Shown: in pieces, positions 47,843-56,437 of the stretch
How positions within the stretch are numbered: the stretch's first letter is position 1
Layout of the letters: each line of letters starts with the position of its first letter
From: an uncultured bacterium
GTDB taxonomy: Bacteria; Actinomycetota; Acidimicrobiia; Spongiisociales; UBA5794
DNA: 64,000 nt
Direction: 5' to 3'
Assembly (NCBI GenBank): GCA_963801165.1
Contig: CAWDDT010000005.1
Coordinates: 32,001-96,000 of the forward strand
Program-made: the position numbers and the translations under genes
The notes under the pieces: model-generated
What the model was told of the DNA's origin: nothing
Databases searched by the model: none
The model's input: the letters and a program-made list of their open reading frames with translations, nothing else

Positions 47843-48426
47843 GCACCGCTCGGCTTCATGCGCTTCTCTTTGTTGACATCGACGTGCGCGGCGGCAAACA
47901 CACGGACCGGGCGGGCCCCCTCAGGCCGAAGCGATGGGTCGACGTTCCGGGCGTCGAACCGATCTGTAAGGCTCGCCAGGGTCTCACTCACTTCTAGTAG
48001 CTCAGCCGCAGTCGCCCAGAACTGATGTTGCGTGACAGCCGTGGCATCCACCCACTCGCGACTCTCACCACCGAACGCCCATATGGACGCCCGCAGGCTC
48101 TCGGCGGCATGCTCGACGTACAACAGAGCCGCACCGGCGGTTGCCTGCAAGGACTCGGGGTCATCCTCACCGGGCCGGATGTCCAACCCGGGGCTCGCCA
48201 GCCGCCACGGCTTCTCCCGGCCCCTGCGCTCGGCGAGCTCGATGAAGTCGTATTTCGCCAACATCCTCAGGTGAAACGAGCAGCTCGCTACGCTCTCCCC
48301 CGTCTGCTCGGCACACTCGGTGGCGGTCGCCGGGCCGTCGCGAAGGACGTCGAGCAGCTCCAAGCGCAGCGGGTGGGTGAGCGCTCGGATCCTGGTGGGA
48401 TCGGAAACCCGTGGTGTGTCGGACAT
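47839..48426 (-). CDS. ArsR-like winged-helix regulator
   Basis: Motifs RALTHPLRLELL and SVASCSFHLRMLAKY; TAGTGT 6 nt before the ATG. Confidence 0.85.
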   Translation of the reverse strand: MSDTPRVSDPTRIRALTHPLRLELLDVLRDGPATATECAEQTGESVASCSFHLRMLAKYDFIELAERRGREKPWRLASPGLDIRPGEDDPESLQATAGAALLYVEHAAESLRASIWAFGGESREWVDATAVTQHQFWATAAELLEVSETLASLTDRFDARNVDPSLRPEGARPVRVFAAAHVDVNKEKRMKPSGA

Positions 48427-48440
48427 CGCCTCACACTAGC

Positions 48441-48476
48441 ATTCTAAAGACTCCTTTAGCAAGAAGTCTTTAGAAT
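48441..48476. promoter_or_regulatory. Probable operator (inverted repeat)
   Basis: Perfect inverted repeat ATTCTAAAGACT-N12-AGTCTTTAGAAT with nested CTAAAG-N4-CTTTAG, next to the regulator's -10. Confidence 0.7.
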
Positions 48477-48545
48477 AGCAGCGAGCATTGCCCGCCAGGG
48501 TTTGCTCGATCTGCGCCGGGTGGGAAAAACAGCTATCGTGTGGCC

Positions 48546-48792
48546 AACATTGCACATCTGGGCGGTAGCGGGCAGATGCCCACGCCGAAGGGACGGTGTT
48601 CACGCCGCATGTGGCACGAACGCAGCCAACCGAGGGTCGAATGTAGGAACTGGCCGAAGCAGTCCCTGCATCACGGGCGGATCCCGGAAGACGATGCAAG
48701 TGCGATCGAAGTATCGGGCGGAGACCGGAACCGGATCTCACATCCGGCGGCCAACCAATAGAGCCACTCCCCAAGGGAGTGGCTCTTTTTTT
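48546..48792 (+). ncRNA. Candidate structured cis-regulatory leader (attenuator/riboswitch-like) of the uracil permease
   Basis: TATCGT -10 at 48534-39; several stems closed by ATTGCAC/GTGCGAT; ends in a terminator. Confidence 0.5.
48761..48792 (+). terminator. Intrinsic terminator in the permease leader
   Basis: GAGCCACTCCC-CAA-GGGAGTGGCTC followed by 7 T, just before the RBS. Confidence 0.88.
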
Positions 48793-48809
48793 GTGGGAGA
48801 GGAAGGTAT

Positions 48810-50099
48810 ATGGAATTAACGATGCAGAAGAAGGTCGTGCTGGGTCTCCAGCACACCGTGGCCATGTTCGGAGCCACCATCTTGGTGCCGCTGATAACGG
48901 GCCTGGACGCGTCTGTCGCTCTACTGGCGGCCGGCCTGGGCACCCTCCTGTTCCATCTGATCACCAAGCGGATGGTCCCGGTGTTCCTCGGCTCGTCATT
49001 TGCGTTCATACCGCCGATTCTGACGGCGGTAAACAAGGGCTACTCGTGGGAAGCGATCGGGAGCGGCATCATCGGGGCGGCGGTGGTCTATGTGATCGTC
49101 TCGATCATCATCACGTTCGTCGGCCCGGAGCTGATCACGCGGGTCTTCCCACCGATAGTCACCGGCCCGATCATCGTCGTCATCGGCGTCACGCTTGCGG
49201 CGGTCGCCATCAGCAGCGCCCGGGCTAACTGGTGGCTGGCGGCGGTGAGCCTTCTCGCCGCGATTGGTGCAGCTGTGTACTTCAAGGGCGTCTTCAGGAT
49301 GCTGCCCATTCTGACCGGCTTCCTCGTTGGGTACCTGATCGCCATCGTGACCGGACAGGTCGATTTCGGGGTCGTCGGCGACGCCAAGTGGATTGGCTTG
49401 CCGCACCTCACCTGGGGTCTCGGCGACATCCAGTGGGGAGCGATCATCCTCATCGCACCGGTTGCGTTCGTGACAATGATCGAGCACGTCGGAGACATCA
49501 TCGCTAACGGCAGGGTCGTGGGTCGGGACTTCCTCGAAGAACCCGGCCTGCACCGGACACTGCTCGGCGACGGTCTGGCGACCTTGCTCGCCGGTCTCAT
49601 CGGTGGCCCGCCGAATACCACGTACTCGGAGAACACCGGTGTGCTGGCCGTCACCAAGGTATACGACCCGTTCATCCTGCGGATCGGGGCACTTTTCGCG
49701 ATCTTCCTCGGTCTTATCCCGAAGTTGGCGGCGATCCTGCAGACCGTGCCGGGCGCCGTACTCGGTGGTCTCGAGATCATTCTCTTCGGGATGATCGCAT
49801 CGGTTGGCCTGCGCACGCTCATCGAGGGGCAAGTTGATTTCAAGAAGAGCCGGAACATGATCGTGGCCGGCGTGATCCTGGTCTTTGGTCTCGGCATCGG
49901 GGCGTTCGAGCAAGTCACGACGCTGCTCGGCGGCGTTTCTGGCTATTCGCCGATTGTGCAGATCGGCGACGTAACCGTATCGGGTCTCGCTGTAGCTGCT
50001 GTTGCAGGTGTGCTTGCAAACCTGATCTTGCCCATGGATACTGGAGAAGATCAGGTAGCAATGCCGTCAGACAGGAAGGCTTCGGAGACAAGGTCCTAG
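48810..50099 (+). CDS. Uracil permease (NCS2/NAT family, UraA/PyrP-like)
   Basis: Motifs GLQHTVAMFGAT, FLGSSFAFI, EHVGD, and NAT motif TTYSENTGVLAVTKV (Glu of uracil-type transporters). Confidence 0.9.
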   Translation: MELTMQKKVVLGLQHTVAMFGATILVPLITGLDASVALLAAGLGTLLFHLITKRMVPVFLGSSFAFIPPILTAVNKGYSWEAIGSGIIGAAVVYVIVSIIITFVGPELITRVFPPIVTGPIIVVIGVTLAAVAISSARANWWLAAVSLLAAIGAAVYFKGVFRMLPILTGFLVGYLIAIVTGQVDFGVVGDAKWIGLPHLTWGLGDIQWGAIILIAPVAFVTMIEHVGDIIANGRVVGRDFLEEPGLHRTLLGDGLATLLAGLIGGPPNTTYSENTGVLAVTKVYDPFILRIGALFAIFLGLIPKLAAILQTVPGAVLGGLEIILFGMIASVGLRTLIEGQVDFKKSRNMIVAGVILVFGLGIGAFEQVTTLLGGVSGYSPIVQIGDVTVSGLAVAAVAGVLANLILPMDTGEDQVAMPSDRKASETRS

Positions 50100-50135
50100 G
50101 ACGCGTCTCCAGGACCGCCCATCCAACCGGGCGCA

Positions 50136-50168
50136 GGGAGCCGGCGCAAGCGCCGGCTCCCACTTTTT
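50136..50168 (+). terminator. Intrinsic terminator after the permease
   Basis: Hairpin GGGAGCCGGCG-CAAG-CGCCGGCTCCC followed by ACTTTTT. Confidence 0.8.
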
Positions 50169-50254
50169 CGTGCCGATAATCCCAATCGGTTGGAGCTACC
50201 ACTACTCTGCTATCCGTACTAGTGTGTTATTCGTAGTAGTCACGAGGAGGACAC

Positions 50255-50584
50255 ATGGACACGACGCAGCTCCTCAAGGGTGTACTCGACACGGCCGTGC
50301 TCGCGGTCCTGCGTCGCGGCAGCACCTACGGATACGATCTGGTGAGACAACTGCGTGACGCCGGGTTCGACGAGGTCGGTGACGCCTCGGTGTACGGCAC
50401 CCTGCGCCGGCTGTTCGGCGGCGGGTATCTGACCTCGGAGATCGTTCCCTCGGACGAGGGCCCGCCGCGCAAGTACTACGGGCTCAACAAGGCGGGGCGT
50501 GACATGCTCGATTCCGCCACGAAGACCTGGGGCCACTTCTCGCTCGTAATGACCGATCTCTTGTCGGAGGAGGCAGCAGCATGA
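50255..50584 (+). CDS. PadR family transcriptional regulator
   Basis: Motifs QLLKGVLD, YGYDL, SVYGTLRRL, GPPRKYY. Confidence 0.93.
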   Translation: MDTTQLLKGVLDTAVLAVLRRGSTYGYDLVRQLRDAGFDEVGDASVYGTLRRLFGGGYLTSEIVPSDEGPPRKYYGLNKAGRDMLDSATKTWGHFSLVMTDLLSEEAAA

Positions 50585-51648
50585 CCACCGCCACTCTTTC
50601 CACCCCTGGCGAGAAGTACCTCGAGGCCGTTCAGAGAGGTCTGGCCGACCTTCCTGAGGAAGACGTCGAGGAGGTATTACAGGACCTGGCCGCCCATATC
50701 GCCGAGTTGGGAGATGCCGACCCGGCCAACGCGCTGGGACGCCCGGAGACGTTCGTCGCCGAGTTTCGCCGAAGTGCCGGACTCGACAACACGGCCAACA
50801 AGGGTCGCAGCACGCACATCCTCCGATGGATGCAGCGCCGGATAGCCATGATCGAGCGGATGCGCCGGAACACGGTCCATGCGCTTCAACCCCTTCTCGA
50901 GCCGGTGGCGCAACACCGGGAGGAGCTACGAACTGTCTGGATATGGATGCGCGGAATCATCGCGATCACCGCGTACGCGTGGATAAATGGCAACCCCTAC
51001 GACACCGGAAGCTGGCTCGGCATCGGCGGGATGGTGCGGACACTGAGCATCATTGGCGCCGTGACCGCAACATCGGTATGGGTGGCGCAAGAGGAGGGAA
51101 ACTGGTGGCGCCGCACCGGAGCTGCGTTCACGGTCGCGACGGCGGTCCTCGCATTGATCGCTCTCGCGACACCCAGATACCAGCCGTACCCGGCGGACGC
51201 CTACTACCCGGTGACCGACGAATCGAACCCGGTTCTGCTCATCGGGCCAAACGGACCCATCCAGAACCTCTATGCGTACGACACCGCCGGGAACCCGGTA
51301 CACGTTCTTCTCTACGACGAGTACGGGAATCCGATCCTCACTCTCCCCGGCTATGCATATGACGAAGCGGCAACGGACGGCCGCACCGGCAATCCGTTCA
51401 TCTGGGAGGGCTACGAGCTGAAGTTCACCACCGACGCCTACGGTCGACCCATCGGCAACCTCTATCCGCTTGCCCGCTACGAGTGGACCGAGACCGGTGC
51501 CCGGTCGGCGCCGCAGCCACCACCGGTTGTCGGGATCCCCGAGATTCCCATATCCGGCACCACCAGCGACCAGCAGACCGACCCCGGCACAACGACCATC
51601 ACGACGACACAGACAACAGCAGAGCCCGGCCTGCCTGGTCGCTATTAG
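50581..51648 (+). CDS. HAAS/DUF1700-like membrane sensor coupled to PadR
   Basis: Motif YLEAV...LADLP...DLAAH...LGRPETFVAE followed by TM helices; ATGA overlap. Confidence 0.7.
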   Translation: MTTATLSTPGEKYLEAVQRGLADLPEEDVEEVLQDLAAHIAELGDADPANALGRPETFVAEFRRSAGLDNTANKGRSTHILRWMQRRIAMIERMRRNTVHALQPLLEPVAQHREELRTVWIWMRGIIAITAYAWINGNPYDTGSWLGIGGMVRTLSIIGAVTATSVWVAQEEGNWWRRTGAAFTVATAVLALIALATPRYQPYPADAYYPVTDESNPVLLIGPNGPIQNLYAYDTAGNPVHVLLYDEYGNPILTLPGYAYDEAATDGRTGNPFIWEGYELKFTTDAYGRPIGNLYPLARYEWTETGARSAPQPPPVVGIPEIPISGTTSDQQTDPGTTTITTTQTTAEPGLPGRY

Positions 51649-51665
51649 CGGTCGACGTCGCTACT

Positions 51666-51965
51666 TCAGCGCAGCGAGGCCATGATCGTGGGAGCGGACA
51701 CCAATGCGGCGCCCTCTTCGCCCTGCACCGCGCGGTAGAACTCGCATTTGAGACAGTTGGCGACCTTGGCGGCAAACGTCCCCTGGACAACCCCGCCACA
51801 CAACGTACCGGCCAGCGCCCAGCACGCCCTGCCGCCGTTACTTCCACCGTTGATGCCGTCGCAACGTGTTTCCACCGCGGCGGCGCATACACCCAGTTCT
51901 CTGGCCTTGGAGCCACCCGGCTCGCGGCCACACCGCTTGAACTCCCAGCAATTCTTCTTGGCCAT
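51666..51965 (-). CDS. Cys-rich two-CW domain protein
   Basis: Motifs NCWEFKRCGRE, GRACWALAGTLCGG, CLKCEFY. Confidence 0.8.
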   Translation of the reverse strand: MAKKNCWEFKRCGREPGGSKARELGVCAAAVETRCDGINGGSNGGRACWALAGTLCGGVVQGTFAAKVANCLKCEFYRAVQGEEGAALVSAPTIMASLR

Positions 51966-52048
51966 GGAGCGCCTTTCGATCGACTCAGATCCCGGTCGAC
52001 TCCTGGGCGCCAATTATTAGTCCTGCTCTGTGTATTTCGAGGTCGGTG

Positions 52049-52738
52049 TCACTCGTCTGCCGGTTTGACGTCCTGGGCGGCCACCCGCTCCGGATCGTCC
52101 CGCCACACGAAGTAGGAGTAGGCGACAAGGAAGATGATCCCGGGGATCATGACGACCATCATCCCATAGAACGCCCACTGGCCACCGACAAACGCTCCGA
52201 GCATGGTGACGAGACCGGTCGCTATGAAGATACGGCCTCCGAGACGGTGTGTTTTGGTCCACGACAGCTTGCTGCTGAGCGTCCACGGGGTGCGCACACC
52301 GGCGAACCAGTTGGGCCGGAGCTTCCCCATTACGGCACCGAGGACGACGAACAGGACACCAACACTCCCCATGATCAGGTCGCCGGTCGGGATTGTCTCC
52401 TCGCGACCAATGGCGAGCACCGTCACGGCGTAGACGAAGCCCAGGTACACCATCAGCACAACGCGAATGAGCATGTAGGTGCCGGCAAAGGTCTCGTAGT
52501 TGCGCCGCGCCGGATCGATACGCGGGATGTACTTCAACACAAGGTACAAACCGACGGCGACGATGGGCTCGAGCAGAAGCCCAACGAACTTGCCGCCGTA
52601 TCCATCGACCTGACCGGCGGCGTTCCAATGGATCGGGATCCGGTCGGGGACCGACCCCCACCGCAGCGCAGCCGTGATGAACATCGCTGCGATGATCACA
52701 AGCTGGACGATCTCCCATTGTCTCTTGTACCTCGTCAT
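52049..52738 (-). CDS. SdpI family immunity-like membrane protein (DUF1648 + SdpI)
   Basis: Motifs PIHWNAAGQVDG and NWFAGVRTPWTLSS..W.KTHR.GG. Confidence 0.88.
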   Translation of the reverse strand: MTRYKRQWEIVQLVIIAAMFITAALRWGSVPDRIPIHWNAAGQVDGYGGKFVGLLLEPIVAVGLYLVLKYIPRIDPARRNYETFAGTYMLIRVVLMVYLGFVYAVTVLAIGREETIPTGDLIMGSVGVLFVVLGAVMGKLRPNWFAGVRTPWTLSSKLSWTKTHRLGGRIFIATGLVTMLGAFVGGQWAFYGMMVVMIPGIIFLVAYSYFVWRDDPERVAAQDVKPADE

Positions 52739-52739
52739 G

Positions 52740-53045
52740 TCACTCCTCTACAGAGTCCGGCTCTGAGGGCCGCCGGGCACGATGGCTCCCGAAATACGAC
52801 ATGACCGAGGCTGCCGCATCGTCGAAGGCCGACATGTTTATCGAGTAGACCACCTGGGTCCTGCTTCGTTCCGAAACGATCAACCCGGCCGTCTTCAGCA
52901 CATTGAAATGACCCGACATGGTCGACTTGGCGAGATCGAAGTGTGCGGCCAGCTCCCCGGCGGTCATGTCGCCGTCTCGGAGCAAACGAAGCACCTCCCG
53001 CCGTGTCGGGTCGGCCAGCGCTCGCATTGTCTCGTTGATGCTCAT
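52740..53045 (-). CDS. SdpR-like ArsR family repressor
   Basis: Motif RALADPTRREVLRLLRDGDMTAGELA..F...KSTMSGHF.VLK. Confidence 0.88.
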   Translation of the reverse strand: MSINETMRALADPTRREVLRLLRDGDMTAGELAAHFDLAKSTMSGHFNVLKTAGLIVSERSRTQVVYSINMSAFDDAAASVMSYFGSHRARRPSEPDSVEE

Positions 53046-53046
53046 G

Positions 53047-53075
53047 TTCGGTGTTTCGCTAAACACCGAATTATA
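53047..53075 (-). promoter_or_regulatory. -10 box and operator of the sdpR/sdpI-like operon
   Basis: TATAAT (minus strand, 53070-75) directly followed by the perfect inverted repeat TTCGGTGTTT-N4-AAACACCGAA (53047-70). Confidence 0.75.
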
Positions 53076-53100
53076 GCACCCGTGCGGCCCCCGATCTATG

Positions 53101-53595
53101 TCAACGCGGTCTAGGGAGAGGAACGTCGGGAATGACGAGAAAGACCGGATAGCCGTCGGCAATGGCCTGAAAACGCTCAACCGGGGCACCCCTGGGCACG
53201 GGGATGTGGGGCCGACCGCCCGGGACCTTGTCCACGTATCGCTTCAGGATCGGGCCGCGCCCGGCGGCCGGGACTTCCTCGAGACGACAGGGGTACGAGC
53301 GGCGGCGGCGCAGCACGACCCGGCCTCCCGCTGCACTGACGTTGTGCACCCAGGCACACTCGCCGAGCATCGACACGAGGTACCAGTCGCCGCCTACGTC
53401 CGCCATACCGAGTGGGAAGCTCCGGAGTAACCCGCTCTTCCGGCCTCGCACCGCGAGAACCACCCATCGTCTCGGCAGCACGCCAAGTCTCATCACCCTC
53501 GCCCATAGCCGGGAGAACCGACGGGCAACTTCATCCCGCTTGCCCGCCGAGTACATCCGGCGCGCCGCATCATCCGAGATCAACCTGAGTCTCAC
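53101..53595 (-). CDS. Deazaflavin-dependent nitroreductase-like (DUF385) protein
   Basis: Motifs LAVRGRKSGLLRSFP, WVHNV.AAGG, YPVF. Confidence 0.75.
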   Translation of the reverse strand: MRLRLISDDAARRMYSAGKRDEVARRFSRLWARVMRLGVLPRRWVVLAVRGRKSGLLRSFPLGMADVGGDWYLVSMLGECAWVHNVSAAGGRVVLRRRRSYPCRLEEVPAAGRGPILKRYVDKVPGGRPHIPVPRGAPVERFQAIADGYPVFLVIPDVPLPRPR

Positions 53596-53598
53596 GCC

Positions 53599-54894
53599 CT
53601 ACCCCAGCGGGTCCGATTCGCCGGTCTGCTCGAAGACCCTCCTGGCCTTGCCGACCTCCGAGCGGGGCATCGAACCCGGGTCGCCGACCAACACCGTCGT
53701 CCGGGACCGAAGCCTGCTGAGCAGGTCCTTCTCGAGACGTTCCCGTATCTCGTCGCGCCGGGGGATTTCGGTCTGCGACGCCAACTCGCAACGCACGACC
53801 ATCTCCATCATCGTCCCACGCTTGTCGAGCACGATCGCCCACTGGCCGGACACGCCGGATTCTGCGAGGACGACGGCTTCGATCTCCGATGGGAAGACGT
53901 TGACACCGCGCACGATGAGCATGTCGTCGACGCGCCCGCTGATGCGATCCATGCGTTGGAAGGTGCGGCCGCACGCGGACGGCTCGTCAACGAATCTGGT
54001 GATGTCACCGGTGCGGTAGCGAATGACCGGCAGCGCCTCCTTGGTCAGCGTGGTGAGCACGAGCTCGCCCTGGGCGCCGTCCGGAACGGGGTCGCCCGTC
54101 TTCGGGTCGACTATCTCGGGATAGAAGTGGTCATCAAAGATGAAGGGGGCACCCTTCCCCGCCACCGACTCCATGGCCACACCCGGGCCAATCACCTCCG
54201 ACAGCCCATAGATGTCCAGAGCGTCTATCGCCCACGCCTCTTCGATCTTGACACGCATCGACTCGGACCACGGCTCGGCACCGAGAATGCCGTACTCCAG
54301 CTTGATCTGATCCTTCACCCCGGCCGCCTCGGCCTTCTCGGCAAGCAAGAGCGTGAAGGAAGGTGTCGCGCAGATCCCCCGAGCCCCCAGATCGGCGAGC
54401 AGCTGGACCTGAAAAGCGGCGTTGCCACCGGAGGCGGGAACCACCGTCACCCCGAACCGCTCCGCCCCTCCGTGGAGACCGAGCCCCCCGGTGAAGAGGC
54501 CATAGCCATATGCGTTGTGGAAAACGTCCTCGGGCCGGGCGCCGGCGCAGCCGAGCACCCGGGCATTGACTTCGGAGAACACGTCGAGATCGGTCTTCGT
54601 ATAGGCCACCACCGTCGGCTTCCCGGAAGTACCAGAGGAAGCGTGGATCCGGTTGCACTGCTCGATGGGCACGGCCAGCATCCCGTAGGGATACGAGTCC
54701 CGCATCTCCGACTTGACCGTGAAGGGCAGCTTGGTGATGTCGTCGATCGACTCGACGGCGGTCACACCGGCGAGCTTCTCGCGCCAGAAGGGGTTGTTGG
54801 ATGCCCGTAACCTGTCGACCAGAGCGATCAATCGGTCCGTCTGCAGCTTCCGCTTCGCCTCCCGACCCATCGTTTCCAGCTCAGGCTGATACAT
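53599..54894 (-). CDS. paaK: Phenylacetate-CoA ligase
   Basis: Motifs HASSGTSGKP, YGYGLFTGGLG, GAEPWSE, DIYGLSE, RYRTGD, GRVDDMLIVRGVNVFPS. Confidence 0.9.
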   Translation of the reverse strand: MYQPELETMGREAKRKLQTDRLIALVDRLRASNNPFWREKLAGVTAVESIDDITKLPFTVKSEMRDSYPYGMLAVPIEQCNRIHASSGTSGKPTVVAYTKTDLDVFSEVNARVLGCAGARPEDVFHNAYGYGLFTGGLGLHGGAERFGVTVVPASGGNAAFQVQLLADLGARGICATPSFTLLLAEKAEAAGVKDQIKLEYGILGAEPWSESMRVKIEEAWAIDALDIYGLSEVIGPGVAMESVAGKGAPFIFDDHFYPEIVDPKTGDPVPDGAQGELVLTTLTKEALPVIRYRTGDITRFVDEPSACGRTFQRMDRISGRVDDMLIVRGVNVFPSEIEAVVLAESGVSGQWAIVLDKRGTMMEMVVRCELASQTEIPRRDEIRERLEKDLLSRLRSRTTVLVGDPGSMPRSEVGKARRVFEQTGESDPLG

Positions 54895-54924
54895 GGCTCC
54901 TCCTCCGACCGATCTTGCGCAAGT

Positions 54925-55521
54925 TCATGAAGATACGACCCGGCAACCCACCGCTCTCATCTCTGCGATGGCTTTATCCCCGTCGCCGGGCTCGAGATCG
55001 ACCGCGCTCATGGCGTCTTCGAAGAGCGTCACCTCGAACCCGTAGTCGGCGCCGTCGAGGGCAGTCGCCTTGATGCAATAGTCGGTGGCCAGACCGCAGA
55101 CGACGATCTTCCTGATCCCCCAGCGCTCGAGCTGGTCTCGCAGGCCCGTCTCCGTCACCACATCGCTCGCCGGATCCCGCATCGAGAACCCGGAGTAACC
55201 GTCCTCGCCGCCGGTTCCCTTGCGCACCACGGGGCCGTCGACGATGAGGTTGGGGTGGAACGCCGCTCCCCAGGTGTCACCGACGCAGTGCACCGGCCAG
55301 ATGCCACCGTCCTTGGCGAAATGCGGTGAGGTGCCGGGATGCCAATCGGCGGTGTAGACGACTCTTGCCCCAGCGCTGCGCGCCCGGGCGATCTCGGTGT
55401 TGACAACGGGGACAACGTCCTCACCACCCCCGACATATAGGTTGCCGTTGGGGTCGGCGAAGTCGTTCTGCACATCAACGACCACAAGGGCCGTCTCACG
55501 GTCGTAGTCATATGCGGGCAT
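54925..55521 (-). CDS. pncA: Nicotinamidase/pyrazinamidase
   Basis: Motifs VDVQNDF, DWH...HF, WPVHCV, KG..YSGF, GLATDYC; TAAGAT 6 nt before the ATG. Confidence 0.88.
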   Translation of the reverse strand: MPAYDYDRETALVVVDVQNDFADPNGNLYVGGGEDVVPVVNTEIARARSAGARVVYTADWHPGTSPHFAKDGGIWPVHCVGDTWGAAFHPNLIVDGPVVRKGTGGEDGYSGFSMRDPASDVVTETGLRDQLERWGIRKIVVCGLATDYCIKATALDGADYGFEVTLFEDAMSAVDLEPGDGDKAIAEMRAVGCRVVSS

Positions 55522-55553
55522 GCGGCGATCTTAACCCGCCCACGTGGGCCGCT

Positions 55554-55740
55554 CCCTGACGGCGCAGCCTGGATCCACGGATTGGGGAGGAGGAATCGCT
55601 CGATCCGGCAAAGAACCTCGGAACCTGGCGCTACCGGCTGTTTCCCCGGGAGATTGAAGGCGGTCAACGAGCAGCATCGTCGGTACTGCCGCAAGGATCG
55701 AGTGATCCGTCAATCTGCAACCGTGGATTCAGGCTCAGGG
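55554..55740 (+). ncRNA. Candidate rod-shaped structured RNA (6S-like size)
   Basis: Nested stems AGCCTGGATCCACGG/CCGTGGATTCAGGCT, ATCGCTCGATCC/GGATCGAGTGAT, GGCA/TGCC, TTTCC/GGAGA; G-U pairs favour the + strand. Confidence 0.45.
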
Positions 55741-55837
55741 GTCTCAGGGTCGGACCAGGGTCACTCCCCATAGATGACACGGCCAGGTTGCGAGAAGCTG
55801 GAGTCACAGAAAGCACACGCATTGAGACGAGGCAGAC

Positions 55838-56209
55838 ATGACAACTACCACACCAATCGAGAACACATCCGCGGAGATCTCGAGCGACTCCCGCAACTGG
55901 GCGACTCTCAGCCACCTGTCGGCGTTCTCCGTCTTCATGGGCATTCCCTCCGTAGTCGGACCGCTGGTCATGTGGCTGCTACGCCGGGACGACCCGTACG
56001 CGGAACACCATGCCAAGGAGGCGTTGAACTTCAACATCTCCATCATCCTCTACTCGGTTGTCGCCGCCATCAGCATCATCATGCTGATCGGGATCCTGGC
56101 GCTACCAGCAGTATTGATCGCATGGTTCGTACTCACGATCCAGGGTGCGATGCGCGCCTCCCAGGGCGAGTACTACGAGTACCCGTTGACCATCCGGTTC
56201 ATCAAGTAA
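55838..56209 (+). CDS. DUF4870 family membrane protein
   Basis: Motifs WATLSHLS, GPLVMWL, HAKEALNFNIS, GEYYEYPLTIRF. Confidence 0.9.
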   Translation: MTTTTPIENTSAEISSDSRNWATLSHLSAFSVFMGIPSVVGPLVMWLLRRDDPYAEHHAKEALNFNISIILYSVVAAISIIMLIGILALPAVLIAWFVLTIQGAMRASQGEYYEYPLTIRFIK

Positions 56210-56262
56210 CCCAGATCCCGGGCACGCTCCCTTCCTCCCTCCCGTTCCCGTGCCCGAAACAG

Positions 56263-56296
56263 AGACCCCCGGTGACATCACCGTCGCCGGGGGTCT
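56263..56296. terminator. GC-rich hairpin after the DUF4870 gene
   Basis: AGACCCCCGGTGAC-N6-GTCGCCGGGGGTCT with a weak T tail. Confidence 0.6.
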
Positions 56297-56437
56297 TGTG
56301 TTCCATGGTGGGCAAAACGAGATCGGAGCGGGCCACGGGCCGCTCGCCGGTAGCGGCCGCCTCGTGCGGACACGACGGGAAATGAACCGGGCCGGAGCGA
56401 GCAACACTTATCCTGGTCACCGGGAGTCGGGGAGGTT

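Noticed and set aside
48580-48700. Glycine, ykkC, c-di-AMP or PyrR assignment for the permease leader
   Set aside because: Only short fragments match (CGCCGAAGG; AGGGUC...CUGGCCGA); the core motifs CUCUCAGG, GGGUUCCG, CAGCUAAC and the PyrR loop are absent
50172-50179. Perfect GCCGATAA sigma28 -10 upstream of padR
   Set aside because: There is no TAAA-like -35 at 15 nt; that position falls inside a terminator stem
56310-56362. GGCAAA...GCCACGGGCC...GGTAGCGG resembling a c-di-GMP-I riboswitch
   Set aside because: It lacks the GNRA-capped stem and the GACGCAAA junction; a simple GAGCGG/CCGCTC hairpin explains it
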